From positions 336,442-400,441 of the forward strand of contig NW_013657659.1 in the NCBI RefSeq assembly GCF_000142905.1: a stretch of DNA of 64,000 nucleotides. The letters run 5' to 3'. Each line of letters starts with the position of its first letter. The stretch's first letter is position 1. This DNA is from Thecamonas trahens ATCC 50062. Its lineage: Eukaryota; Protista; Apusomonadida. This document shows, piece after piece, positions 1-10,164 of this stretch. Below the pieces are notes generated by a model. That model did no database searches, had not been told where the DNA came from, and saw nothing but the letters and a program-made list of their open reading frames with translations. Position numbers and translations under genes: made by a program.

Positions 1-750
1 TATGGCTGCTACGCCAAGGCATTGTACGGCGACAGAACGACAGATACCTTGATCCAGCGCGTTCGCCGCGACGTGTGGGGCCGCTTTGCGAGCAAGATTG
101 CGGTTGCATTCCATGACCAGCTTGCGCGCACCGAGAACGAACCTGTCCCGGAAGTGGTGGACATCGCGTTTGCCCCAGATGATGCTCCTCGGCGCGCCTC
201 TGCATCTGCGAACAACATCAGTGCCGGTTCATCAGGTGTGTCCGAGTGCGGGACTGAGTCGTCACGATGTGATGAAGTTGTGGACCTTATTCTGCAAAAG
301 TACAAGCGCCAGCTTGAGGCTACCACCGGTAGTCGCGTTGGGTCCAAGAAGCCGCGCACGGCCTTTGCCCAGCAGGCGAGCAACCGCCCTTCCGCGACTC
401 TGCTAATCGAGAGTTACTCCAAGGCACTTACTCAGGCCATCTTCGACTACAAGAACATCGGTGTAACGATGTCGCCAGACGCGCGCATCCAGCTGATCCC
501 CGCCTTGGCCCGCACTAAGTGCCGCTTCGGTGACGATCAGCGCATCTTCGATCTTATGGAGGCAGCAACGGCGCTCCTTCGTCCGCTGCTGCTCCCCTCT
601 GCTGCAGCTGCGAGCGTGGAACGGCTCAACTCGGTGGGCACAGACATGCTCACTCGTAAGCGCAACCGTCTTGACTCCGAAAGGATCGAGAAGATGGTGC
701 TCACGCGCTGCTGGATCGCTGCCTCCACGAAGCTCGGTATCGACCTGTAG
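1..750 (+). CDS. hAT-family transposase, C-terminal dimerisation region (5'-partial)
   Basis: PSAAAASVERLNSVGTDMLTRKRNRLDSERIEKMV matches the Dimer_Tnp_hAT pattern P-x-S/T-x3-ER-x-FS...R-x-RL. The frame is open from base 1. Confidence 0.7.
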   Translation, partial: YGCYAKALYGDRTTDTLIQRVRRDVWGRFASKIAVAFHDQLARTENEPVPEVVDIAFAPDDAPRRASASANNISAGSSGVSECGTESSRCDEVVDLILQKYKRQLEATTGSRVGSKKPRTAFAQQASNRPSATLLIESYSKALTQAIFDYKNIGVTMSPDARIQLIPALARTKCRFGDDQRIFDLMEAATALLRPLLLPSAAAASVERLNSVGTDMLTRKRNRLDSERIEKMVLTRCWIAASTKLGIDL

Positions 751-817
751 AGGAATATTCATTCCAAAGGTCCAGGTATTCATTCCTGACCAATATTTCG
801 CGAAATTTCAAACACTG
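1..817 (+). mobile_element. 3' part of a hAT-superfamily DNA transposon (transposase C-terminus plus putative right terminus)
   Basis: The ORF ends in a hAT dimerisation motif. It is followed by two TATTCATTCC repeats (756-765, 777-786) and ...TTCAAACACTG (ends 817), whose reverse complement CAGTGTTTGAA resembles a hAT TIR. Confidence 0.6.
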
Positions 818-1513
818 GGCGTAATGCTCAGTTTCCGACTTGCCTTTGTTCGCCAAAGCGCGCCCGCAACCCGCTGGTTTTTGATGATTGATGCAAAGTC
901 GCTCACCTTCCTGACCCCACGCCACGCCCCAGATCTTCGCACCTGCGATACAGATGCAGGGTATGGCTAGGCTCTATCTGCTCTCCTGGCATGGGGTATG
1001 TCTTTGCTCAAAAAGCATGCGCTCGGGTGCATTTCCGCGCGCTGGCTCGTCTTGCTCATGCCCCACTCTATGTAGAAGTATGCGTCCCATGGGACACGAT
1101 CTCACGATCTGACGGAACGACTAAAGCCGTACATCGCTCCTCCTCCTCCCCCCCCCACACACATCACCAGCCAATCCACGCGACTGTGGACACCCTCCCC
1201 CCTCAGCGGCTAGGCTACCTTATTTCGGCACCCGGTACCTTGCGGCTCAGCAGCTGATTATTACACTGAAACACAAAGGTGCGCGCGCCGTCTCACCCTT
1301 CAAGCAGGTGCTTGTGGCGCCGACACAAAGATCGCGGTGCGCCTGCAGTGTGCATGCAGTGTGCATGCAGTGCGCCTGCGGTACACCTACGTCACGCAGA
1401 GCAATTGCCGCCGACGTGACACACTCGCTACGCTCGATACCCTAGCTGGCCGTCATACCCTGGCTATCCCCCAGCACTCTCACCACACCGCTCGCCAAGC
1501 CACCATTTGGCGC

Positions 1514-1568
1514 CAACCAACCAACCAACCAACCAACCAACCAACCAACCAACCAACCAACCAACCAA
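1514..1568. repeat. (CCAA)n microsatellite followed by CCA/CCG repeats, upstream of WRAP73
   Basis: Seen directly in the sequence. Confidence 0.95.
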
Positions 1569-1659
1569 CCACCGCCACCACCGCCACCACCGCCACCGCC
1601 ACCACCACACCTCTCCGCACGCTCCGCACGCCTCACATAACGTCACAACCGGTGGCGAG

Positions 1660-3051
1660 ATGGACTTTTCCCCGTCTGTGCGGTGCTCGTCGGCCGGCGC
1701 GGTAGCCGTGGCCGCCGACGGGCGGCATGTGGCAGCGGCGTACGCCAACAAGGTCGCCGTCCACGCCCTGCCCTCGCTCGAGCTCGTCGCCGAGCACGCC
1801 ATGCCCGACAAGGTGACGAGCGTCGGCTTCTCGCCCGATGGCGAGCTGCTCGCTGCGCTGTCCAAGCCCGCGGGCGTCGGCTGTGTCTGGGCTCTGGCCG
1901 ATCCCGAGTGGAAGGCTGCGCTCGACGAGGGCGGCGTCCCGCTGGCCGCCCTGGCCTGGGCGCCCGATGCCCGCCACATACTCTCCATTGCCGAGTACGG
2001 CCTGCGTGTGTGCGTGTGGTCGCTCCACGATGGCGCCTCGCACTCGGTCGCCTTCCCCAAGATCTGCCCGCGCGCCTCGCCGCTCGAGCCGCCGGCCGCC
2101 GACGCCGATGCCGGCGCCCTGGCCGCCGGCGCCCGCCTCGTCGCCGCCTTCTCGCCCGACGGCCAGTGGTTCGCTGTTGTCACACGCGTCGACGCCGCCG
2201 ACAAACTTCTTGTTCTGGACACCACGGCCTGGGACGTCGTTGCCGCCTGGGAGCCGGCCACCGCAGACACTGCCACCGTCACCTGGGCGCCCGACGGCTC
2301 CGTCATCGCCCTCGTCGACTCAGTCCTCGACTACCGCGTCGCCCTCTACACTCCAGATGGCTCGCTGCTTGCATCCTACTCGGCCTACGACTCGGGCCTG
2401 GGCGTCAAGGCCGCCCAGTGGTCGCCGTCGTCGCAGCTGCTCGCCCTCGGCTCGGGCGACGGCAAAGTCCGCCTCCTCAACCATCTCACCTGGACCTGCC
2501 TCGCAGAGCTCGACCACCCGCAGTCTGTAGACGACGACGCCGTCGTTGTCTTCCGCGAGCTTCCGTCGCCGCCCGACGCCCTGGCGTCGGGCGCCCCGGC
2601 CTCGCAGTTTGTCGTCGCCGACATGCCGGCCGCCCTCGCTTCCGCCGCAAAGCCGTCGTCGGCCAAGGCCGCCCTCGCCACGGTCGGCGTCTCGCTCGCC
2701 GGCTACTCGGCCTGCGGTCGCCTGCTGGCCTCGCGCCCAAACGCCGCCCCACGCCTCCTCTACATCTGGGACCTGACCACCCTCTCGCTCCTGGCCGTTC
2801 TCGAGCTTGCCGCTCCGATCCGCGCCGTCGCCTGGGACCCGGTCGCCACCCGCCTCGCCCTCGGCTGCGCCTCGCCCTCTCTGTACCTGTGGTCCCCCGG
2901 CGGCGCCTCGTGCGTCCAAATCCCCGAAGCCGCTGGCTCCGCCGCCGTCGTCGCCGTCCGCAAGCTCGCCTGGACTCCCGACGGCTCCACTCTCATCGTC
3001 AGCGACAACTCGGGCTGGTGTGCCTGCTTTCCCGCTCCAAGCTCCGAGTAA
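1660..3051 (+). CDS. WRAP73: WD-repeat centriolar protein WRAP73/WDR8
   Basis: Starts MDFS. EWKAALDEGG...WAPDARHILSIAEYGLRVCVWSL and YSAYDSGLGVKAAQWSPSSQLLALGSGDGKVRLLNHLTW closely match WDR8/WRAP73 signature segments. Confidence 0.9.
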   Translation: MDFSPSVRCSSAGAVAVAADGRHVAAAYANKVAVHALPSLELVAEHAMPDKVTSVGFSPDGELLAALSKPAGVGCVWALADPEWKAALDEGGVPLAALAWAPDARHILSIAEYGLRVCVWSLHDGASHSVAFPKICPRASPLEPPAADADAGALAAGARLVAAFSPDGQWFAVVTRVDAADKLLVLDTTAWDVVAAWEPATADTATVTWAPDGSVIALVDSVLDYRVALYTPDGSLLASYSAYDSGLGVKAAQWSPSSQLLALGSGDGKVRLLNHLTWTCLAELDHPQSVDDDAVVVFRELPSPPDALASGAPASQFVVADMPAALASAAKPSSAKAALATVGVSLAGYSACGRLLASRPNAAPRLLYIWDLTTLSLLAVLELAAPIRAVAWDPVATRLALGCASPSLYLWSPGGASCVQIPEAAGSAAVVAVRKLAWTPDGSTLIVSDNSGWCACFPAPSSE

Positions 3052-3279
3052 ATCTACCTGTGTCTTATTGCTTCTTGCCACTTGCTTTGCTCCGCACCGG
3101 CTGCTTGCGCGATCGCGCACCGCGCCTCGCCACGCGGACGCCGCGGGCCGGCACCGGCTCGAGCACAATCGAGTGCTCGCCCGGCGAGACGAGCGCAACC
3201 CGGACCCAGAGCTCGTCGCCCACGCTTGGGAGCGCCTTGCCCGGCCACGCGTGCGGTGCCCCGAGGTCGGCCGACGCCT

Positions 3280-3473
3280 NNNNNNNNNNNNNNNNNNNNN
3301 NNNNNNNNNNNNNNNNNNNNNNNNNNNNNNNNNNNNNNNNNNNNNNNNNNNNNNNNNNNNNNNNNNNNNNNNNNNNNNNNNNNNNNNNNNNNNNNNNNNN
3401 NNNNNNNNNNNNNNNNNNNNNNNNNNNNNNNNNNNNNNNNNNNNNNNNNNNNNNNNNNNNNNNNNNNNNNNNN
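3280..3473. other. assembly gap (N run)
   Basis: Run of N. Confidence 1.
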
Positions 3474-3536
3474 GAGGAGATCCGAGTAGTAAGCCCGCGC
3501 GATGACGATGTTCGACCAGTTGGTCTTGTTGGTGTC

Positions 3537-5342
3537 TTACGCATAGAGCTCGCGGAGCTCCGGCTCGGGGTCTGCAGCCTGCCCAGCCCCGCCGTCGAGC
3601 GCACACGGCAGGTTGCGGTGCGCAGCAAGGTCGAGGTAGCGCCGGAGCGGTGACGTGATCGTAGCCGCTCTCCCACCTGGCAGCGGCACACCGGCCGCCG
3701 CCGCGTACCCCACCGCAGGCGCGTTTGCCAGGTTCATGCACTCTTGCACCAGCAGCTTGGCAGGCTCCTCGAGCAGCCGGTGCTTGGGAATGTGCCGCCC
3801 GCTCGCCCGCGACCGCGCCATCCGCGCCGCCGCCGCCCGTCCGTACAGCGGCAGCAGCGGCTCCGCCCCGTCAAGCAGCGCCTCGTCGGCCTCGCCAAAC
3901 GACAGCCGCTCCACCGGGCCCACCAGCGACCGCTCGAGCGACGAGCTAGCCACCCTCCCGTTGCGCTCAAGTCGGATCCGCGCCGTCAGCGCATACGTCG
4001 CACGCTGAGTCTGGAAGCCGAGCGCCGCGAGCCCGCGCGGCGGCAGCATGTGCTGCGGCGCCCCCGGAAAGTAGCACGACGCAATCCGTGCGTGCGCTGC
4101 AGAGTCGAGCACAGACCCGAGCTCGATCGCCGGCAGCGGGTCCGCCACGTGGACGAGGACCTCGCCGCTCGCCGGATCGAGCCCGATGGCGTCGTCCACA
4201 ATCGACGCCGACGGCGCGTCAATCGCAAGCGCCGGAATGTGTCGGAGGTCGACCCGCGCGCCAAGCTCAACCACTCTCTCCGCTGCCGCTTCCTCCACGG
4301 CCTCCGCCGCCGCCTTGACCTCGGCCGGGAACGGTGGAAACGTGTCACGGAGCGCAGCCTCGGCCTCCGAGACCGGCCGCGACGCGTCCGCCGCAAGATG
4401 CCCGCACTCGACAAGAAGCTGCCGCGCCGCGCTGGGCTCCTGCGCGAGGCCGAGCGTGCGGAGGATGGACCGCGCCGTGTGCCCCGCTCGCCCGCGCATG
4501 AACCCTCCGCCCGCCCCCGACGGTGCCCCGAGCGCATACGTCTCCAGCGCCAAGAGCAGTGGAAGGTCACGCGCCCGCGACCACGCCCGCGGCGTCGCCT
4601 TGCGCCGGATCTGTGCCATGCGCTCGCGGACCGTCGCCATGAACCGCTGCGCGTCCGACGTCCGCACCGCCTGCCGCGACCGCGGCGCATACCCGCGCTT
4701 GCCCGGCTGCGCAAAGAGCAACGAGTCGATGGCCGCGTCGGTGGCCGCAGCAGCCGCTGCGTCGCGTCCGGGCGCCACCCACTCTCCACCTCCGGCCGCA
4801 GCGGCAAGAAGGTCCGGCAGCGCCGCCTGCGACCGCCGCGGCGGCGACTTGTACGGCAGCCCGCGCTTGAAGAACACATCATCGTCCGCGAGGAGTCGGA
4901 AGGCGGCGTGGAGATGCACAGCTCTCACCGCCGTGCTCCGCGAGTGCCACAGGATCCGCGCGAGCGCATGCGACCGGAGCCGCGCGTGCTTGTACTGCCC
5001 GAGGAGCGCCGTCCAGACCGGCTCGAGCGAGAGCGATCCGGGCGCCGCCGTCGCCAGAAATGAGTCCACCGCACCGGCGTCGCCCGCAAACGCCTCGTGC
5101 GACTCTGGCCACGCCTGCGCAGGCCACACGTCCACCACCTGTGACGGATGGATGGTCTCGGTCGCCCCGGACGCCGCTCGCGCCACCAGTGCCGCCTCGC
5201 TCGACGTCGGCACCTCGCACAGCGTGCCCGCCCGGAACGCCGCGTGCGAGACATACTCCACCACCGGCAGCGCCTGGGACGACCCAGCACGCGCTAGCGC
5301 CGCCACTCCCGGGAGCGTCGTCAGCGTCCATGTCCGAAGCAT
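3537..5342 (-). CDS. RNB-domain (RNase II/R, Dss1-like) exoribonuclease, possibly organellar
   Basis: Motifs AIDAPSASIVDDAIG, VHVADP, SCYFPGAPQHMLP and TITSPLRRYLDLAAHRNL. The N-terminus resembles a presequence. Confidence 0.8.
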   Translation of the reverse strand: MLRTWTLTTLPGVAALARAGSSQALPVVEYVSHAAFRAGTLCEVPTSSEAALVARAASGATETIHPSQVVDVWPAQAWPESHEAFAGDAGAVDSFLATAAPGSLSLEPVWTALLGQYKHARLRSHALARILWHSRSTAVRAVHLHAAFRLLADDDVFFKRGLPYKSPPRRSQAALPDLLAAAAGGGEWVAPGRDAAAAAATDAAIDSLLFAQPGKRGYAPRSRQAVRTSDAQRFMATVRERMAQIRRKATPRAWSRARDLPLLLALETYALGAPSGAGGGFMRGRAGHTARSILRTLGLAQEPSAARQLLVECGHLAADASRPVSEAEAALRDTFPPFPAEVKAAAEAVEEAAAERVVELGARVDLRHIPALAIDAPSASIVDDAIGLDPASGEVLVHVADPLPAIELGSVLDSAAHARIASCYFPGAPQHMLPPRGLAALGFQTQRATYALTARIRLERNGRVASSSLERSLVGPVERLSFGEADEALLDGAEPLLPLYGRAAAARMARSRASGRHIPKHRLLEEPAKLLVQECMNLANAPAVGYAAAAGVPLPGGRAATITSPLRRYLDLAAHRNLPCALDGGAGQAADPEPELRELYA

Positions 5343-5773
5343 CCCGCTTCACTCGCTGAGTCGGGTGCCCGTCGAATGAGCGAGGGATGGCTCCGACACC
5401 GACGACGGACCCCGATCATGATCGATCGCAGTCGTTATCGATTATGATCGGGGCCGTGGGGGGGGGGGGGCGGAAGGGGGGGGGTGGGGGTGGGGGGGGT
5501 GGGGGGGGGGGGGGATGAGGGGAGGCGGGCGGGCGGGGAGACCTCGGGCGGTGGGAGTGTGCGGCTGATCGACTACGCAGGCCGACCACGCCAGCCGATC
5601 ATGCTGGCTTGGCGCCCAGGGGGGCTGGGCTCGGCTGGGCGACTGACCCCCGCCGACTGGGCTGGCAATTTCTGGTAAAATTGCAGACACAGGACAGGGG
5701 GCCAGAACGGGCTGGGCATGGGGAATGCGCCAGGTACGGCGGCAGGGGACAAGGCTGGGGTTTGGGCTTGGGT

Positions 5774-6154
5774 TTACTTGCGGGCCTTGGCGGTACCGCG
5801 GACCTTCTTGAGCTTGTTCTTGAGCTCCTTGCGCTGGCGGCGGGACGACTCGGTGGCGGTGGCGAGGCCGGCACGGATGAGGCGGTACTTGGGCTCAAAG
5901 GCGTCGCGGGCCTTGGCGTCGTCGTAGATGAGGGCAAAGCCCTTGGAGCGGCCACCACCGAAGGCAATCTTGAAGCCGAAGAGGATGATGGTCGACGGGT
6001 CGGCCACGTTGTACTTCTTGGCGAGCTCCTCACGCAGCTCGGTCTTGGGCACCGACGCCCGCGAAGGATGAATGACGTCCACAACCATCTGGCGACGGCC
6101 GAGGAGGGCGTTGGTCAGGAACTTGGACGTGCGCACGGTGCAGGCAGTCGACAT
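5774..6154 (-). CDS. RPS24: 40S ribosomal protein S24 (eS24)
   Basis: CTVRTSKFLTNALLGRRQMVVDVIHP...FGFKIAFGGGRSKGFALIYD...FEPKYRLIR...RKELKNKLKKVRG; ATG at 6154. Confidence 0.97.
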   Translation of the reverse strand: MSTACTVRTSKFLTNALLGRRQMVVDVIHPSRASVPKTELREELAKKYNVADPSTIILFGFKIAFGGGRSKGFALIYDDAKARDAFEPKYRLIRAGLATATESSRRQRKELKNKLKKVRGTAKARK

Positions 6155-6462
6155 AATGTGTGTGTGTTCTGTCTTGACGTTACGTGGAGTGCTGTGTACT
6201 ACCCTCCAACACTCGGCAGACAAAGTCCTCCCTCGCCTTGAAATTCGCCTCGATCGCCGTCACCCGTCCGCCACCAAAAAGTGAAAAACAAATCGAGCTC
6301 GCGCAAATCCCCCCCCCCCCCCCCTCCCCGCCTCCCGCCACTGCCCCGGCACAAACGGCAAAAACCATACCTTCCCTGCCCCGCACCTGCATCGCCTTCC
6401 GCCCCCTCCCCCCTCCCCAGCCCCTCCACCCCTCTCCCAACGAGACATTGCAACCGCAGGGG

Positions 6463-6997
6463 ATGGCGGCGACACGGACACCGGCAGCGGACCTGCCAAC
6501 TCGCCTGCGGCGGGTGCTGAACAACTCGATCCTCGGCCGGAGCAACTCCAAGGAGGGCGCAGAGCTCTGCGCCAAGACCCTCACCACGCTGCTGCGCAAC
6601 GTATCCGACGATCGTCAAGTACCACCGCGTCCGCCTTCGCCAGAACAAGATCAAGGCTCGTATCGCCGACATTGACGGCGGCGTCGACTACCTTTACCTC
6701 GCCGGCTTCCGCCGCGTTGTCGAGGACCACGAGGAGGTCTTGCGCTGGCCGTTCGGCTCACCCGACACCGATGCGCAAGTCCGCCGCGACGCTGTTGCCG
6801 TCGTTTCCACCGCCCTCACCATCCTCACCGATCGCATGGCAGCCATTGCCGAGCGCGCTGCCCGCGAGAAGAAGCACGCCGCCAAGGACGCGTCGGCAGC
6901 CGAGCTTGAGCGCGCCCGTGTCCTCGCCCTCATCGAGGACGATCGCACCAGGCGCCGCGCCGCCGCCAACCGCCGTCGTCTGCCACTGCGCAAGTAG
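6463..6997 (+). CDS. PUB-domain protein (p97 cofactor-like); frameshift near 6612
   Basis: TLTTLLRNVSDD in one frame continues as KYHRVRLRQNKIKARIADIDGGVDYLYLAGF in the next. The C-terminus is a coiled coil ending IEDDR. Confidence 0.7.
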
Positions 6998-7259
6998 TAG
7001 AGACCATCGCCCGCTGATGAGCAATCCATCCACGCCTTCCGTCTGCACACAGCGCTAGCGTGCCTGCGGAAAATGACCATGCTAGCGTGAAAAATCCATC
7101 TCCTCCTTGATCGTGGCCAAGCGCGGCCATGCGCCGGCCAGCGCCCGCCGCCCGACTGGTCCCGCCGCTGAGTCTCGAGCTCGTTGAGCAGCAGGACCGC
7201 GAGCCCAGGACGGTTCCACACACACACACCGCACTTCCTCTCCAACTCAGCGACAAGGC

Positions 7260-7719
7260 ATGGGACGGGTGACCGACCTGCGGTGGTTCGAGTGGCTGTA
7301 CCTGGGCGTCTTCTGGTCCGGCGTCGTCTATGTCTACCGCCGCATCGACGCGGCGTGGAGACTCGGCCCTGGCCGACATCCGCGGCATGGCCTACGAGGA
7401 CGACGTCTTTGCCCGCATGGCCAACACCTACAGCAAGATCTTCCACTCGCTCTCCTCCCTCGCCTCCATCGCCTTTGGCCTCCTCATCATCTACCTCCTC
7501 GCCTCGGCCATGGGCCTCACCGGTGCTCGCGCCTCCGTCCCGACTTTGACGACGACGACGATGACGACGATGACGACAACCGCTCCGCCCGCTACCGCCG
7601 CCGCCACTAATCCCCCTCCCCCGCCACCGCTGCCTGCCACTAATCTTACTGCCCGCTGCCGCCGCCCGCCACTAATCCTACTGCCCATCACTACCGCTCA
7701 TCACCACCGACGCATCTAG
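7260..7719 (+). CDS. small hypothetical membrane protein; probable frameshift near 7365, 3' end uncertain
   Basis: Hydrophobic segments WLYLGVFWSGVVYVY and SLASIAFGLLIIYLLASAMGL lie in adjacent frames, both with GC3-biased codons. Confidence 0.45.
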
Positions 7720-7773
7720 GCCTGCCGCCGCATCTAGCCCCCCCCCCCTCCCCCCTCCTCCCCTATCATCCCT

Positions 7774-8685
7774 CATCGCTTCGCTTCGCATCGCTTAGCT
7801 TTGCTCCGCATCGCTTCGCATCGCTTCGCATCGCTCCGCATCACCTCGCATTGCTTCGCCTCGCCTCGCTTCGCATCGCATCGCTTCGCTTCGCTCCGCT
7901 TCGCTCCGCTTCGCATCGCATCGCTTCGCGTCGCATCGCCTCCCCTATCTCCGCTTCGCATCGCTTCGCTTCGCTTCGCTTCGCTTCGCTTCGCTTCGCT
8001 TCGCTTCGCCTCGCTTCGCCTCGCATCGCATCGCTTCGCTTCGCTTCGCTTCGCTTCGCTTCGCTTCGCTTCGCTTCGCTTCGCTTCGCTTCGCTTCGCT
8101 TCGCTTCGCTTCGCTTCGCCTCGCATCGCATCGCTTCGCTTCGCTTCGCTTCGCTTCGCTTCGCTTCGCTTCGCATCGCATCGCTTCGCGTCGCATCGCC
8201 TCCCCTATCTCCGCTTCGCATCGCATCGCTTCGCATCGCTTCGCCTCGCATCGCTCCGCATTGCTTCGCCTCGCTTCGCCTCGCATCGCATCGCTTCGCT
8301 TCGCTTCGCTTCGCTCCGCATCGCTTCGCATCGCATCGCATCGCATCGCTTCGCTTCGCTCCGCTTCGCTTCGCCTCGCATCGCTTCGCATCGCTTCGCT
8401 TCGCTTCGCTTCGCTTCGCTCCGCATTGCTTCGCCTCGCTTCGCATCGCTTCGCATCGCATCGCTTCGCTTCGCTCCGCTTCGCTTCGCCTCGCATCGCT
8501 TCGCATCGCTTCGCATCGCTTCGCTTCGCTTCGCTCCGCATTGCTTCGCCTCGCTTCGCCTCGCATCGCTTCGCTCCGCATTGCTTCGCCTCGCTTCGCC
8601 TCGCCTCGCTTCGCCTCGCATCGCTTCGCATCGCTTCGCTCCGCTTCGCTTCGCTTCGCTCCGCTTCGCTTCGCTCCGCTCCGCT
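7774..8685. repeat. pentanucleotide satellite (TCGCT)n with TCGCA/TCGCC/CCGCT variants
   Basis: About 0.9 kb of near-continuous 5-bp units. The interruption CCTCCCCTATCTCC occurs twice (~7940, ~8200). Confidence 0.97.
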
Positions 8686-8737
8686 AAACCCACGCACCTG
8701 ACACTCCACCCTCCCCCCTCCCCCACCCCCACCCCCC

Positions 8738-9810
8738 ATGGCAGCACCGTCCGACACGCCCACCCTGTTCACCTACTCGGGTACGCTGCGGGTTGTGGTC
8801 GTCTCCGGCACAGGCCTGCTGGCGCAGGACGCCAACGGCCTCTCCGACCCCTACGTCAAGGTCACCGCCCTCCCGCCGACGCCTGTGGCATCCTCCGCCG
8901 TCGCCCCTCCACTGCGCCGGCCGGGAGCGGGAAGAAGGCCGCCAAGGCCAAGGCAGCGGATGCCATCTTCAAGACGCCCGTCATCAAGAAGACCCTCGAG
9001 CCACGGTGGGACGCCGAGGGCTCCATCGCGCTTGCACACGCCGGCAGAGTCCACTTTGAGGTCAAGGACGACGACAAGTTTGGCCACAACGATCCCATGG
9101 GCGAGGCCGTACTCCCGCTGCTGGCTCTTGCCCATGGCCGCAAGGTGACCAAGGTCCTCCGCCTGGTCCCGGGCGCCGCCACCGACCTCCCGCCCCGCCT
9201 CGGCTCCATCACCGTCTCCCTCCAGCTCGAGTCGGCCGCAGATCTCACCCCTGTCTACGACCTTGATCTCGTCGACGCCCTCGGCAACGACATGGAGCTG
9301 GCTGTAGAGCATGGCCTGCCGCTTCCCATCGACGGTGTGCCGTCCTTCTCGCCCTCCTCGCTGACCGCCTGCTCGCCCTAGGCGCCGCCGCCACCGAGGG
9401 CATCTTCCGCGTCCCGGGCAATGCCGACCACATCCTGCGCCTCAAGGAGGCCGCAAACTTTGGCAAGCTGCCAGAGATCCTCACCGAGCCGGCCTCGGAC
9501 GTCGCCTCGGTTGCTGGCGCCTTCAAGCTCTGGTTCCGCGAGCTCCTTGTCCCGCTCGTCCCCGCCTCCTACTACGACGCCGCCCTCGCTGCCACCGATC
9601 CGCCCACCGCCCGCGCCCTTGTCGACTCGCTGCCCGAGGCCAACCAGAACATCATCGAGTTCCTCGCCCGCTTCCTCTACACCTTTACCTCGGATCCCGC
9701 GAGCGTCGAGGCCACAAAGATGGATGCCAAGAATATGGCCATGGTCTTTGCTCCCTCCTTCCTCCCCGGCCTCCTCACAGACTCGGCCACCATCGGCAAG
9801 CTCACGCCTC
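8738..9810 (+). CDS. C2-domain RhoGAP protein (frameshifts ~8900 and ~9345; 3' end unresolved)
   Basis: C2: LRVVVVSGTGLLAQDANGLSDPYVKV...KTPVIKKTLEPRW...EVKDDDKFGHNDPMG. RhoGAP: TEGIFRVPG, AGAFKLWFRELLVPL, KMDAKNMAMVFAPSFL. Confidence 0.85.
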
Positions 9811-9864
9811 GCCCCCCTCGCTGCCTTTGGCCCGCCCTCCCCCTGATCGCCCGCCTCCCTCTCC

Positions 9865-10051
9865 CCCTCAGCCCGCGCTGCATCCGACACTCCAGATACC
9901 GTTTCGAGAGGCGCGTCTCGCCGCCATTCTCCTGCAGGCACTGCAGATACGCCCGCATGACCGGCTGGCACTCGCCAAAGTGGTCGAGCGGGAACGAGCC
10001 CTTATCCGGCGGCGCCGGCGCAGACGACGTCGTCGCCCGTGACATGTTCAT
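9865..10051 (-). CDS. COX19: cytochrome c oxidase assembly factor COX19 (3' end unresolved)
   Basis: PPDKGSFPLDHFGEC...YLQCL...LSKRYLECRM is the COX19 signature. Confidence 0.85.
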
Positions 10052-10164
10052 CGTCGCCCGTCGTTCCTGACCGAGCGAGCAGTGCTCCGCGCAACGCAAT
10101 CTGCCTGGGGTGAGGAGGGGGACGACGTGAGGGGGACTGTGAGCCGGCGACCGACGACGCGTAG

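Noticed and set aside
7070-7115. SECIS-like ATGA...AAAA...GA pattern downstream of the PUB gene
   Set aside because: The helix II arms do not pair and the upstream gene has no in-frame UGA.
7773-8772. Long ORFs encoding RFASL / EAKRS repeats
   Set aside because: They are a by-product of a stop-poor pentamer satellite, with no coding evidence.
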